Shown: positions 9,216 through 17,899 of the stretch, one piece after another
Numbering within the stretch: the first letter of the stretch is position 1
Layout: each line of letters starts with the position of its first letter
Assembly: GCA_037135295.1 (NCBI GenBank)
Contig: JBAXKN010000001.1
Span: 1 to 54,010 of the forward strand
Length of the DNA stretch: 54,010 nt
From: Candidatus Saccharimonadota bacterium
Lineage (GTDB): Bacteria; Patescibacteriota; Saccharimonadia; Saccharimonadales; Saccharimonadaceae
Direction of reading: 5' to 3'
Notes under the pieces: generated by a model
What the model was told of the DNA's origin: nothing
The model's input: only the letters and a program-made list of their open reading frames with translations
Databases searched by the model: none
Translations under genes and position numbers: made by a program

Positions 9216-11789
9216 TTAACACTTACTAAATCCACATAACTCACATTTTTGACAGCCTTCTATGAAACGTAAACTTGCTGAACCACATTCAGGACACATA
9301 TCAGTTAAACTTTTTGTTTTATCAGCTTCAAATAATGGAGCAGTTTCGTTTTGTACTGGCTCTTCCTCAGGTTTAACAGAAACTCTTGTTGCCTGATGTT
9401 GTTCGATGACTTTTGCGATTGCATCTGCAAGCGACCTTACTCTATCGGCTCCAAACCCAGTTGAACTGCTACCACCAATGCCGCGAAGTTGTGAAATAAC
9501 TTTTTGAGCAACTTGATCAGATGAATAATCTGATGGGATACGAAAGGCTAGTGATATCAACCGTCCGATAGCTTCAGCATCAGCAGTTATATCTGATCCT
9601 GCACGACCAACATTAATAAACACTTCAAAAATATTTCCTTCTTCATCTTCATTAATCGAGACAAAAGCGCTTCCAAGTGGTGTTGCAATTCGGTGTGTGC
9701 GACCATTTAATACACTTGGCCTCGGTTTGATAGTAATTAGTGCATTGATTGTTGTTTCAGATTTCTTAACTTCAATCGAACTATCAAGTTTATCGTAATA
9801 AGAAGATTCTTTTTTTACTTCTAGAACTTGCTTTTCACGACTACCATCTCGATATATTGTTATTCCCCTGCAACCAATTTCATGCGCCATTAAATAAGCA
9901 TTTCTTACGTCGTTGATGTCAGCAGTGTTTGGGAAGTTTATTGTCTTTGAAATTGCGTTATCGACATATTTTTGAAATGCAGCTTGAATCTTTAAATGCC
10001 ATTCAGGGCTAATATCTCCAGCAACTACAAATGTCTGACGTAGACTTTTTTGTAAAGAATCCATATTTTGGATTGAGCCACCATTTGTTTGAATTTTTTC
10101 AAGTAATTCTTCTGAATATATTCCATGTTTTTTTAGAGCCGACACAAAATACGGGCTAGTCTGGAACATCCTTTTTCCTTCAATGGTATTTTTTGAATAT
10201 GTTAAGGCGAAGAGTGGTTCACAACCACTTGAAGTGTCAGCTAACATCGCAATTGTGCCAGTTGGAGCAATAGTTGTCCGTGCGCCATTTCTAGGGCTAA
10301 TTTCTCCTGGTTTATCATAAATTGAACCTTTGTAGGCAGGGAAAACGCCACGAGTTTTTGCCAGTTTTTCAGACGCAATATCTGATTCTTTCTGAATAAA
10401 CTCCATAACCTGTTCGGCCATTTTTACACCTTCGTCAGTGTTATAGCCAATGCTCATTGATAATAGTGCATCAGCAAAGCCCATTATTCCAAATCCGATT
10501 CGTCGAATCTGACGAACCATATCACGAACCTTTTCGATTGGGTATTCATTCATATCAAGTACGTTATCTAAAAAGTGAATTGATTCATGAACTGCAATTC
10601 GCAACTCTTCCCAATCGAAATCATTTCTATCAACAAAAAGTGCTAGATTAATACTGCCCAATGTACAGGCGTCGTATGGTAGTAGTGGTTGTTCACCACA
10701 GGGATTTGTTGCTTCAATTTGGCCTAGTAGAGGTGTAGGATTGGCTCTAGAGTTATTTATTTGATCAATAAATATCATTCCTGGATCACCATATTGCCAT
10801 GCGAATCGAGTGATTAAATCAAAAACTTTCTTTGCGTTAAGGCGTCCCATAACTTCGCTATTTCGAGGGTTAATTAGTGGGTATCCGTAATTTAGATCTT
10901 CTTCGGTACACCATTTTGTAAGTTTCGCTACTGCGGCATCTAATCTGACATTCTTTAAATCCATGTCACGAGTTTGATGTGCTTCACGTACCTCAGATAT
11001 CAACGTATCAAAATCGAAATCTTTCTCATAATCATCAGCAAGTAGATCTTTGTCGATTTTTATCTGATCAAAAAACTCTTTAGATGTAGTAACCGAAATA
11101 TTAAAATTAGTTAATGAAAATTCATCGAGTTTATAAATCGCAAATAATAATATGTCTGGGTGATTATAGTGTAGTATTCCCATATTTGCGCCACGTCTAA
11201 CGCCTCCTTGACGTACTGAAGACGTAATATCGTTATACATCTGCATGAATGAAATTGGGCCTGTAGTCGTGCCACCTGATGTTGATAAAATATCATTTTT
11301 TGGTCGAAGTCTTGAAAATGCAAAACCCGTGCCTCCACCAGATTTATGAATAAGCGCCATATCTGTTGCTGACTCCAAAATACCTTCTAAATTATCAGGT
11401 ACTGGTAGTACGAAACAAGATGATAATTGTTGTTTTGGTTTTGCGGCATTCAAAAGTGTGGGTGTTCCAGGTAAAAATCGGCTAGTTGACATAAGTCTAT
11501 AGAATTTAACAGCAGTCGCTATATGTGTTTTTTCATCTCCACCGTATAATCTGTCAGCTGTTGCAATATTATATGCTACACGCCAAAACATTTCTCGGGG
11601 TGTTTCTATAGGGTTCCCAGTTTTGTCACGACGTGCATAACGAGTTCTTCCAATATACCAAGCATTCTCACTTAATTTTGGTTCTGCAAGTTTTGAAGGT
11701 GGGGTTGGTACTTCACACCCAATTTTATGAATCTCGTCTAGTTTTTTGGCCTCGTCAAGGTCTAATATCGGTTGATACACATTTTTCAT
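9216..11789 (-). CDS. nrdJ: adenosylcobalamin-dependent ribonucleotide reductase, class II
   Basis: Active-site segment NPCGEQPLLPYDACTLGSINL and C-terminal zinc ribbon CPECG...CQKCELCG. I moved the start to ATG 11789 (MKNVYQ), which has GAGGTG 5 nt upstream. The ORF-track start 11834 would sit inside the promoter and operator. Confidence 0.92.
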   Translation of the reverse strand: MKNVYQPILDLDEAKKLDEIHKIGCEVPTPPSKLAEPKLSENAWYIGRTRYARRDKTGNPIETPREMFWRVAYNIATADRLYGGDEKTHIATAVKFYRLMSTSRFLPGTPTLLNAAKPKQQLSSCFVLPVPDNLEGILESATDMALIHKSGGGTGFAFSRLRPKNDILSTSGGTTTGPISFMQMYNDITSSVRQGGVRRGANMGILHYNHPDILLFAIYKLDEFSLTNFNISVTTSKEFFDQIKIDKDLLADDYEKDFDFDTLISEVREAHQTRDMDLKNVRLDAAVAKLTKWCTEEDLNYGYPLINPRNSEVMGRLNAKKVFDLITRFAWQYGDPGMIFIDQINNSRANPTPLLGQIEATNPCGEQPLLPYDACTLGSINLALFVDRNDFDWEELRIAVHESIHFLDNVLDMNEYPIEKVRDMVRQIRRIGFGIMGFADALLSMSIGYNTDEGVKMAEQVMEFIQKESDIASEKLAKTRGVFPAYKGSIYDKPGEISPRNGARTTIAPTGTIAMLADTSSGCEPLFALTYSKNTIEGKRMFQTSPYFVSALKKHGIYSEELLEKIQTNGGSIQNMDSLQKSLRQTFVVAGDISPEWHLKIQAAFQKYVDNAISKTINFPNTADINDVRNAYLMAHEIGCRGITIYRDGSREKQVLEVKKESSYYDKLDSSIEVKKSETTINALITIKPRPSVLNGRTHRIATPLGSAFVSINEDEEGNIFEVFINVGRAGSDITADAEAIGRLISLAFRIPSDYSSDQVAQKVISQLRGIGGSSSTGFGADRVRSLADAIAKVIEQHQATRVSVKPEEEPVQNETAPLFEADKTKSLTDMCPECGSASLRFIEGCQKCELCGFSKC

Positions 11790-11836
11790 TTTTTCACCTC
11801 TATCCCCATACATTTTGTGTCTTAATTTTTGCACAT

Positions 11837-11852
11837 ACGCTATATGTTGCGT
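11837..11852 (-). promoter_or_regulatory. NrdR-box-like operator 1
   Basis: ACGCTATATGTTGCGT is a 16-mer partial palindrome. It matches the published NrdR consensus acaCwAtATaTwGtgt at about 12/16 positions and lies downstream of the -10. Confidence 0.55.
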
Positions 11853-11861
11853 GTGTTTTTA

Positions 11862-11891
11862 AGTATAGGCGCTATATATTGCGTATGTCAA
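11862..11891 (-). promoter_or_regulatory. nrdJ promoter (sigma70-like)
   Basis: On the minus strand: TTGACA (11891-11886), an 18-nt spacer, then TATACT (11867-11862). Confidence 0.55.
11869..11884 (-). promoter_or_regulatory. NrdR-box-like operator 2
   Basis: GCGCTATATATTGCGT lies 32 bp from box 1, about three helical turns, as is typical for tandem NrdR boxes. It fills the -35/-10 spacer. Confidence 0.55.
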
Positions 11892-11934
11892 CGATAATTG
11901 TTATTATTACACTAACGACAGATAATACAAAAGG

Positions 11935-12255
11935 ATGGTTATGAAAGCAACAGATAATGGTACATTTCAAAAAGATGTCTTGGAATCAAAAAAGATAGTT
12001 TTATTAGATGTTTGGGCTCCATGGTGCGCACCCTGTAGGGGTATGGAACCAGTGTTGGACGCACTTAAAGAGGAAGTGTCAGATTGGGCAGAAATTATAA
12101 AACTTGACGCATCTGTCGAGATGGAATTGGTTCAAAAGTTGGGGGTTAATAGTTTACCAACTTTCCTGATCTATAAAGACGGTGTTATTGTAAATTCTAC
12201 AATCGGTGCAACTTCAAAATCTAATTTACTAGACTTATTATCAAAATCAAGATAG
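11935..12255 (+). CDS. trxA: thioredoxin
   Basis: Active site WAPWCAPCR (CxxC) and typical length. The alternative start ATG 11941 has better spacing to AAGGA. Confidence 0.9.
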   Translation: MVMKATDNGTFQKDVLESKKIVLLDVWAPWCAPCRGMEPVLDALKEEVSDWAEIIKLDASVEMELVQKLGVNSLPTFLIYKDGVIVNSTIGATSKSNLLDLLSKSR

Positions 12256-12371
12256 TTACATACTATACAACATTACTACCAATTTGAAGGTCCGTCCTTC
12301 AAAATAAAAAAATATTATATAATGTATTATTTGCGGTCAAATATTATGCTTGTTTAAAGAATTTATTTGTC

Positions 12372-12380
12372 TGCTATAAT
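12372..12380 (+). promoter_or_regulatory. extended -10 element for the tRNA-Cys/tRNA-Leu unit
   Basis: TGcTATAAT ends 11 nt before the first tRNA nucleotide. Confidence 0.45.
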
Positions 12381-12391
12381 ATTTACGAGGT

Positions 12392-12465
12392 GGCGCGTTG
12401 ACGGAACGGTTACGTAGAGGTCTGCAAAACCTTTTAAATGGGTTCGACTCCCATACGTGCCTCCA
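12392..12465 (+). tRNA. tRNA-Cys(GCA)
   Basis: Acceptor GGCGCGT/ACGTGCC (one G-U), anticodon arm GAGGT/CTGCAAA/ACCTT, T arm ATGGG/TTCGACT/CCCAT, discriminator U, encoded CCA. Confidence 0.9.
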
Positions 12466-12473
12466 AACAATTA

Positions 12474-12560
12474 GCGTGGATGGTGGAATTGGTATACACG
12501 AGAGACTTAAAATCTCTTGGCCTCACGGCCGTGCGGGTTCAAGTCCCGCTCCACGCACCA
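12474..12560 (+). tRNA. tRNA-Leu(UAA)
   Basis: Acceptor GCGTGGA/TCCACGC, anticodon arm AGAGA/CTTAAAA/TCTCT, long variable arm (GGCC..GGCC), T arm GCGGG/TTCAAGT/CCCGC, discriminator A, encoded CCA. Confidence 0.92.
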
Positions 12561-12562
12561 AT

Positions 12563-12599
12563 ATAAATACTAGACGTAATTGTTTGGTATTTATTTTTT
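12563..12599 (+). terminator. intrinsic terminator after the tRNA pair
   Basis: ATAAATAC (12563-12570) pairs with GTATTTAT (12587-12594) and is followed by a T-run. The loop is long, so the call is moderate. Confidence 0.45.
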
Positions 12600-12669
12600 A
12601 CTCTTATTTTAATTTTATATATTTGCTATAATAATAGATATAACACGGTAATTTTTGAGGAGGAAAGTT

Positions 12670-13236
12670 ATGATTACAGCTATTTGGATTATTTTAGGAG
12701 TAATACTACTTCTGGTGATATTTTTATGGATTGCATACAATTCATTGGTAACATTGAAAATTCGTGTTGATGAAGCATGGAGCGATATAACTGTTCAATT
12801 AAAACGTCGCTTGGATTTGATTCCGAATCTAGTTGAATCAGTTAAGGGTTACGCTAAACATGAAAGCGGTGTATTTACGGCAGTTACTGAAGCTCGAGCA
12901 AATGCATTGAATGCTAAAGGTGTAAAAGAGACAGCTGCAGCTGAAAACCAATTTGAGGGTGCACTAAAAAGCCTGTTCGCAGTTGCAGAAGCATATCCTG
13001 ATTTAAAAGCTAGTCAGAATTTCGTTGAGCTACAACAAGAACTAGTAGATACAGAAGATAAAATTCAAGCTTCACGTCGTTTCTATAACGGTGGTGTTCG
13101 TGATCTAAATACAAAGATTCAAACTTTTCCAAGTAATGTTATTGCTGGAATGTTTGGTTTCAAAAATCGTGACTTTTTTGAACTTGACGAAGCTGAACAA
13201 AAACAAGCTGAAAAACCGGTGGAAGTTAAATTTTAA
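12670..13236 (+). CDS. lemA: LemA family protein
   Basis: N-terminal TM helix followed by the typical LemA sequence ([32 protein letters not shown]). I moved the start to ATG 12670, preceded by GAGGAGG. Confidence 0.9.
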   Translation: MITAIWIILGVILLLVIFLWIAYNSLVTLKIRVDEAWSDITVQLKRRLDLIPNLVESVKGYAKHESGVFTAVTEARANALNAKGVKETAAAENQFEGALKSLFAVAEAYPDLKASQNFVELQQELVDTEDKIQASRRFYNGGVRDLNTKIQTFPSNVIAGMFGFKNRDFFELDEAEQKQAEKPVEVKF

Positions 13237-13256
13237 TAAAAGTCAGTTGTTTATAA

Positions 13257-14129
13257 ATGTATAAAGCAATTGCCGCTAATAAACGTAACACTATACTTAT
13301 TATGGCACTATTCGTAGGTCTCATTAGTGCGATTGGCTGGGTAGTGAGTTATTTTTATGGTAATACAAATATTGCATATTTTGTTGTAGCTGGAGCTGCA
13401 ATTTATACGATTTTACAATATTTTATTGCCACAAATTTGACGATTGCAATGACAGGCGCAAAGCAGATTGAAAAACGCGATAATCCTAGATTTTACAGAA
13501 TTGTTGAAAATCTATCAATTACGACTGGTATGCAAATGCCAAAGGTTTATATTATTGAAGATCCTGCTCCAAATGCGTTTGCTACTGGAAGAGATCCAAA
13601 ACACGCTATAGTTGCTGCTACGACAGGTTTGATTGATATTATGGACGATAGTGAACTGGATGCTGTTATGGCTCATGAAATGGGGCATGTTCAAAACTAC
13701 GATATCCGCTTAAGCATGATAACTTTTGGTTTAGTAAGTGTAATCGGTATATTGACAGACATAATACTTCGAATGTTTATTTTTGGTGATCGAGATAGCG
13801 ACACATCACCAGTTGCGATGATAATTGGGATATTGGTAATAATCTTAGCTCCGATAATTGCTGCAATTATTCAAATGGCTATTAGTCGTCAAAGGGAATA
13901 TTTGGCGGATGCAACTAGTGCCATGACTACTAGAAATCCCAACGGCCTAGTATCTGCACTAGAAAAATTAAAAAAACAAGGTAAACCAATGAAACGTCAA
14001 AGTACCTCTTCGGCCCACTTATTCTTTTCCAATCCTTTGAAACCGGGTTTTTTAAATAAGTTATTTAGCACCCACCCACCATTAGATGAACGTATTGCGA
14101 GATTACAAAAGAACGAAGGGAAGTTTTAG
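13257..14129 (+). CDS. htpX: M48 family zinc metalloprotease HtpX
   Basis: HEMGHV zinc motif, four TM segments, and C-terminal STHPPLDERIARL. Confidence 0.9.
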   Translation: MYKAIAANKRNTILIMALFVGLISAIGWVVSYFYGNTNIAYFVVAGAAIYTILQYFIATNLTIAMTGAKQIEKRDNPRFYRIVENLSITTGMQMPKVYIIEDPAPNAFATGRDPKHAIVAATTGLIDIMDDSELDAVMAHEMGHVQNYDIRLSMITFGLVSVIGILTDIILRMFIFGDRDSDTSPVAMIIGILVIILAPIIAAIIQMAISRQREYLADATSAMTTRNPNGLVSALEKLKKQGKPMKRQSTSSAHLFFSNPLKPGFLNKLFSTHPPLDERIARLQKNEGKF

Positions 14130-15146
14130 ATGAGTTTTAAAAAGTCATACGATAAATACAAAAAAAAGACTGATACCTACCTAAAGCGCAGACCACACCG
14201 TAGTTTTCGCCGTACTAAACGACGAGATTATAATCGTTCACTAGATCTACCAGGTTATATATCTTTTACAAGGTATGTTGGAATAATAATATGGCAAAAT
14301 CGTAAAATTTTTGGAAGTTTAGCACTTTTATATGCTGTAATGACAGCTTTAATGGTCGGAATTGCATCACAGGAAACGTATTTAACCTTAACTAATACTC
14401 TAGATGCTACTAGTGGCAATATATTTGGCGGCGGATTTGGTGAAATTGGAAAAGCTGGATTGATGTTCGTTACCGCAGCATCTGGTGGTCTCTCTCAAAA
14501 TTTGACAGACGTACAACAACTATATGCTGGTCTAATTACTCTCATAACTGTATTAACTAGTATTTGGTTGCTTCGTAATATTATGGCTGGGCATGAAGTA
14601 AGGCTACGTGATGGATTATATAATTCAGGCTCGCCAATAGTTTCGACTTTTATAGTCTCATTACTCATAGTTATTCAATTACTACCACTATCATTAGCTG
14701 TCATCGGCTTTAGCGCTGCATCACTAACTGGATTATTGAATGGCGGAGTTGAGGCTATGTTGTTTTGGATTGCAGCAGGTTTGCTGACGATGCTTTCATT
14801 ATACTGGATTACGAGTACTTTCTTTGCTTTAATAATAGTAACTTTGCCTGGGATGTACCCATTCAAGGCAATAAGAACTGCGGGAGATTTAGTGGTTGGT
14901 CGTCGATTACGTATCTTACTTCGTCTAATTTGGATGCTTTTTTGCACATCAATAGCGTGGATATTAGTAATGATTCCAGTAATATTGTTGGATAAATGGA
15001 TTAAAGGTTTTTGGTCTGCGATCTCTTGGGTACCGACTGTTCCGTTTTGCCTACTTGTACTTGGGGCATTAACAATTGTTTGGACGACAAGTTATATTTA
15101 TCTATTATATAGAAGTGTAGTTGCTGATGATGCAAATCCTGCCTAA
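14130..15146 (+). CDS. hypothetical polytopic membrane protein with a strongly basic N-terminus
   Basis: 338-aa ORF that starts immediately after the htpX stop. About 6 TM helices. No motif recognised. Confidence 0.65.
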   Translation: MSFKKSYDKYKKKTDTYLKRRPHRSFRRTKRRDYNRSLDLPGYISFTRYVGIIIWQNRKIFGSLALLYAVMTALMVGIASQETYLTLTNTLDATSGNIFGGGFGEIGKAGLMFVTAASGGLSQNLTDVQQLYAGLITLITVLTSIWLLRNIMAGHEVRLRDGLYNSGSPIVSTFIVSLLIVIQLLPLSLAVIGFSAASLTGLLNGGVEAMLFWIAAGLLTMLSLYWITSTFFALIIVTLPGMYPFKAIRTAGDLVVGRRLRILLRLIWMLFCTSIAWILVMIPVILLDKWIKGFWSAISWVPTVPFCLLVLGALTIVWTTSYIYLLYRSVVADDANPA

Positions 15147-17151
15147 GATAAGAGCCAAAGAACTCAGAGTTTTACTTGCTGATTATAGTTATGAGTATCA
15201 TGTTCTTGATGATCCATCAGTTAGTGACGCTGTATATGACAGCTTATTCAATGAATTAAAGAAAATTGAACAACAGTATCCTGACCTTGTGACTTTTGAT
15301 AGCCCAACGCAAAGAGTTGGTAGTGAACTATTGGGTGGTTTTAAAAAAGCTAAACATAGTTCACGTATGCTTAGTCTAAATGATGTTTTTGATCGTAGTG
15401 AGGTAGAGGCCTGGGTGAAACGAACTGACAAATTATTACCCGGAAGTAAACATGAATTTTTTGCTGATATTAAAATGGATGGCCTAGCATGTGCTTTGAT
15501 ATATATTGATGGGTTATTCACCAAAGCAATCACTCGTGGTGATAGTTTTGTCGGTGAAGATGTTACCGAAAATGTTAAAACAATTAAAAATATACCATTA
15601 AGTTTAAGAAGCGCTAAAGGATATGAATTTTTATTATTTGGCCGTACAGAAGTGCGTGGAGAAATTGTAATACTAAAGAAAGATTTCGAAAATCTAAACA
15701 AAAAACGTCGAGATTTAGATAAGGTTGAGTTTGCAAATCCTAGAAACTTAGCGGCGGGCACAATTCGTCAGCTTGATCCAAAACTTGTATCGAAAAGGCC
15801 ACTCCATTTCAGGGCTTACGATTTGATACGTGATGAACCAGGAGAAATAAAAACAAATATGTTTGCGTATGAAGGTCTAACAGCTATTGGTATAAGCAGA
15901 AATCAACAAGCTTCTGTATTTTGTAATATCAATGACGTTATGGATTTTGTGGATATTTGGGATAAAAAAAGGCATGACCTACCTTTTAATACCGACGGTC
16001 TAGTTATAAAAGTTAATAATCGTGATCAATTTTCTAAACTTGGTATTGTAGGAAAACAACCACGTGCGGCAGTTGCATATAAATATGCACCTGAACAGGC
16101 CACAACGGTTGTTAATGATATAGTTATTAGTATTGGTAGAACTGGAGCGGCGACTCCAGTAGCTGTATTTGAACCTGTAATTGTTGCAGGCACAAGAGTC
16201 CAACATGCAAGTTTGCATAATGCTGATGAAATTTCACGTCTAGATATTAGAATTGGTGATACTGTAGTCGTTTTCAAAGCAGGTGATATTATTCCTCAAG
16301 TGCAAGCTGTGGTTTTAGAACTACGACCTAAAAATACACTCAAATTTGATTTTTTAAAAGCTCTCGCAAGTCAATATCCTGAATTAGATTTTTATCGTCC
16401 TGAAGGTGAAGTTGTTTATCGTATAAAAGGTGCGACTGGAAAAATATTACTGAAGAAGTCACTAGAGCACTTTGCTAGTAAAAGTGCACTTGATGTCGAT
16501 ACATTAGGTGAAAAAAACGTGGTGGCGTTGGTTGATTCGGGCATCGTTAATGATATAGCTGATATTTTTTCGATTAGTGAAGAACAATTATTAAAGATTG
16601 ACAGATTTGCGCAGGTTTCTGCAGAAAAGTTAATTAATGCTATATCAAATAAAAAAACCCCAACAATTGAAAAATTTATTTATGGTCTTGGGATACGTCA
16701 TGTTGGTGTACAAACGGCAATCGATCTAGTAAATACTTTTCATTCACTTTATGAGCTGCAACAAGCTTCAATAGATAAACTACAGTCGATTGATGGAATC
16801 GGAGATGTAGTTGCTGAAAGTATAGTTGCCTGGTTTGCAGATCCAGAAAACGAAGATCTATTAAAAAAGTTCAAAAAACTTGGAGTAGATCCTATCTATG
16901 AAGCCAGATTCGGTAAATTGCTTGATCAAAATTTTGTTATCACAGGATCATTAAAAAATATTTCCAGGGATATGGCGGCTGATAAAATTCGTTCACTTGG
17001 TGGAACATTCCAAACTACTATTACTCACGATACAACATACCTAGTTGTTGGCGAAAAAATAGGCGCTAGTAAATTAAAAAAAGCGCAAGATTTTGATATA
17101 AATATTATTAATGAGTCAAAATTTGAAGAATTATTGGCTACCGCAACATGA
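15127..17151 (+). CDS. ligA: NAD-dependent DNA ligase
   Basis: Adenylation motif DIKMDGLA, OB and HhH regions, C-terminal BRCT-like segment (FVITGSL...YLVVGEKIGASKLKKA). I chose ATG 15127 over the TTG at 15121. Confidence 0.92.
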   Translation: MMQILPKIRAKELRVLLADYSYEYHVLDDPSVSDAVYDSLFNELKKIEQQYPDLVTFDSPTQRVGSELLGGFKKAKHSSRMLSLNDVFDRSEVEAWVKRTDKLLPGSKHEFFADIKMDGLACALIYIDGLFTKAITRGDSFVGEDVTENVKTIKNIPLSLRSAKGYEFLLFGRTEVRGEIVILKKDFENLNKKRRDLDKVEFANPRNLAAGTIRQLDPKLVSKRPLHFRAYDLIRDEPGEIKTNMFAYEGLTAIGISRNQQASVFCNINDVMDFVDIWDKKRHDLPFNTDGLVIKVNNRDQFSKLGIVGKQPRAAVAYKYAPEQATTVVNDIVISIGRTGAATPVAVFEPVIVAGTRVQHASLHNADEISRLDIRIGDTVVVFKAGDIIPQVQAVVLELRPKNTLKFDFLKALASQYPELDFYRPEGEVVYRIKGATGKILLKKSLEHFASKSALDVDTLGEKNVVALVDSGIVNDIADIFSISEEQLLKIDRFAQVSAEKLINAISNKKTPTIEKFIYGLGIRHVGVQTAIDLVNTFHSLYELQQASIDKLQSIDGIGDVVAESIVAWFADPENEDLLKKFKKLGVDPIYEARFGKLLDQNFVITGSLKNISRDMAADKIRSLGGTFQTTITHDTTYLVVGEKIGASKLKKAQDFDINIINESKFEELLATAT

Positions 17152-17867
17152 TAATCGTACTTATAATATTTGCGGCAGTAATAAGCACCGCTTTGGGTGG
17201 TTTATTTGCTATAAAGTTTAAAGACAAATTACATCTTATTTTAGGTTTTGGCGCTGGTGCAATTTTAGGAGTTGCACTTTTTGATCTATTGCCAGAATCT
17301 TTAGAATTAACTAAAGGTTTTTTTAGTGTCCAGGTTGTCTCTGGTTTAATTGCTATTGGTTTTGCGATATTTATGCTAATCGATAGATTCTTTTCGCCAC
17401 ACGGTGATCATGATGATAATTGCGAAAACCAACATCACAAAGGTCAATTCGGAGCTTCTGCAATAATACTTCATAGTTTCTTGGATGGATTTAGTATTGG
17501 CTTGGCATTCAAGATATCACCAGCAATTGGTGGAGTAGTAGCATTGGCGGTTTTGATCCATGGTTTTTCAGATGGAGTAAACACTGTAAATATGATTATT
17601 AAAACAAAAGGCAAGCGAAAAATCGCACTTAAGTGGCTTGCGGTTGATGCGTTAGCCCCAGCATTAGGTGTCGTATCTGCTTATTTAATGAATGTGCAAA
17701 ATCAGATTCTTGGATTGGTAATGGCATTTTTTATAGGATTGTTCTTATATATCAGTGCCAGCGATTTAATTCCTGAAAGCCATCATCGTCATCCCGCAAC
17801 TTGGACTACAATTTCAACAATTATTGGAATGATAGTAATTTTCCTTGCTTCTACTATTTTGAGTTAG
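17148..17867 (+). CDS. zupT: ZIP family metal transporter (ZupT-like)
   Basis: Multi-TM protein with a His-rich loop (HGDHDDNCENQHHKG) and HSFLDGFSIGLAF / HGFSDGV motifs. ATGA overlap with the ligA stop. Confidence 0.8.
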   Translation: MIIVLIIFAAVISTALGGLFAIKFKDKLHLILGFGAGAILGVALFDLLPESLELTKGFFSVQVVSGLIAIGFAIFMLIDRFFSPHGDHDDNCENQHHKGQFGASAIILHSFLDGFSIGLAFKISPAIGGVVALAVLIHGFSDGVNTVNMIIKTKGKRKIALKWLAVDALAPALGVVSAYLMNVQNQILGLVMAFFIGLFLYISASDLIPESHHRHPATWTTISTIIGMIVIFLASTILS

Positions 17868-17899
17868 CTTCAAATCAAAAATATTTATTCGATGATATA

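Noticed and set aside
9216-11789. Intein or other large insertion in nrdJ, considered because of its length
   Set aside because: The translation is continuous RNR-like sequence. I see no intein splice-junction or homing-endonuclease motifs. The extra length is explained by the C-terminal zinc-ribbon extension.
11790-11934. Cobalamin riboswitch upstream of the nrdJ operon
   Set aside because: The leader between the predicted -10 and the start codon is only about 70 nt. It is occupied by an NrdR-like box and the RBS, which is too short for a B12 aptamer. This still needs a covariance-model scan to be certain.
12398-12631. 77-aa plus-strand ORF
   Set aside because: It is made entirely of the tRNA-Cys and tRNA-Leu genes plus their terminator. 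It is not coding.
17801-17899. Long N-terminal extensions given by the ORF track for several genes (17801 for the peptidase, 11834 for nrdJ, 24400 for the 2H protein, 46898 for the kinase-like gene, 50299 for the dikinase)
   Set aside because: In each case a downstream ATG has a better RBS or forms an ATGA coupling. It also removes an implausible overlap with a neighbouring gene or promoter and begins at the conserved N-terminus of the family.
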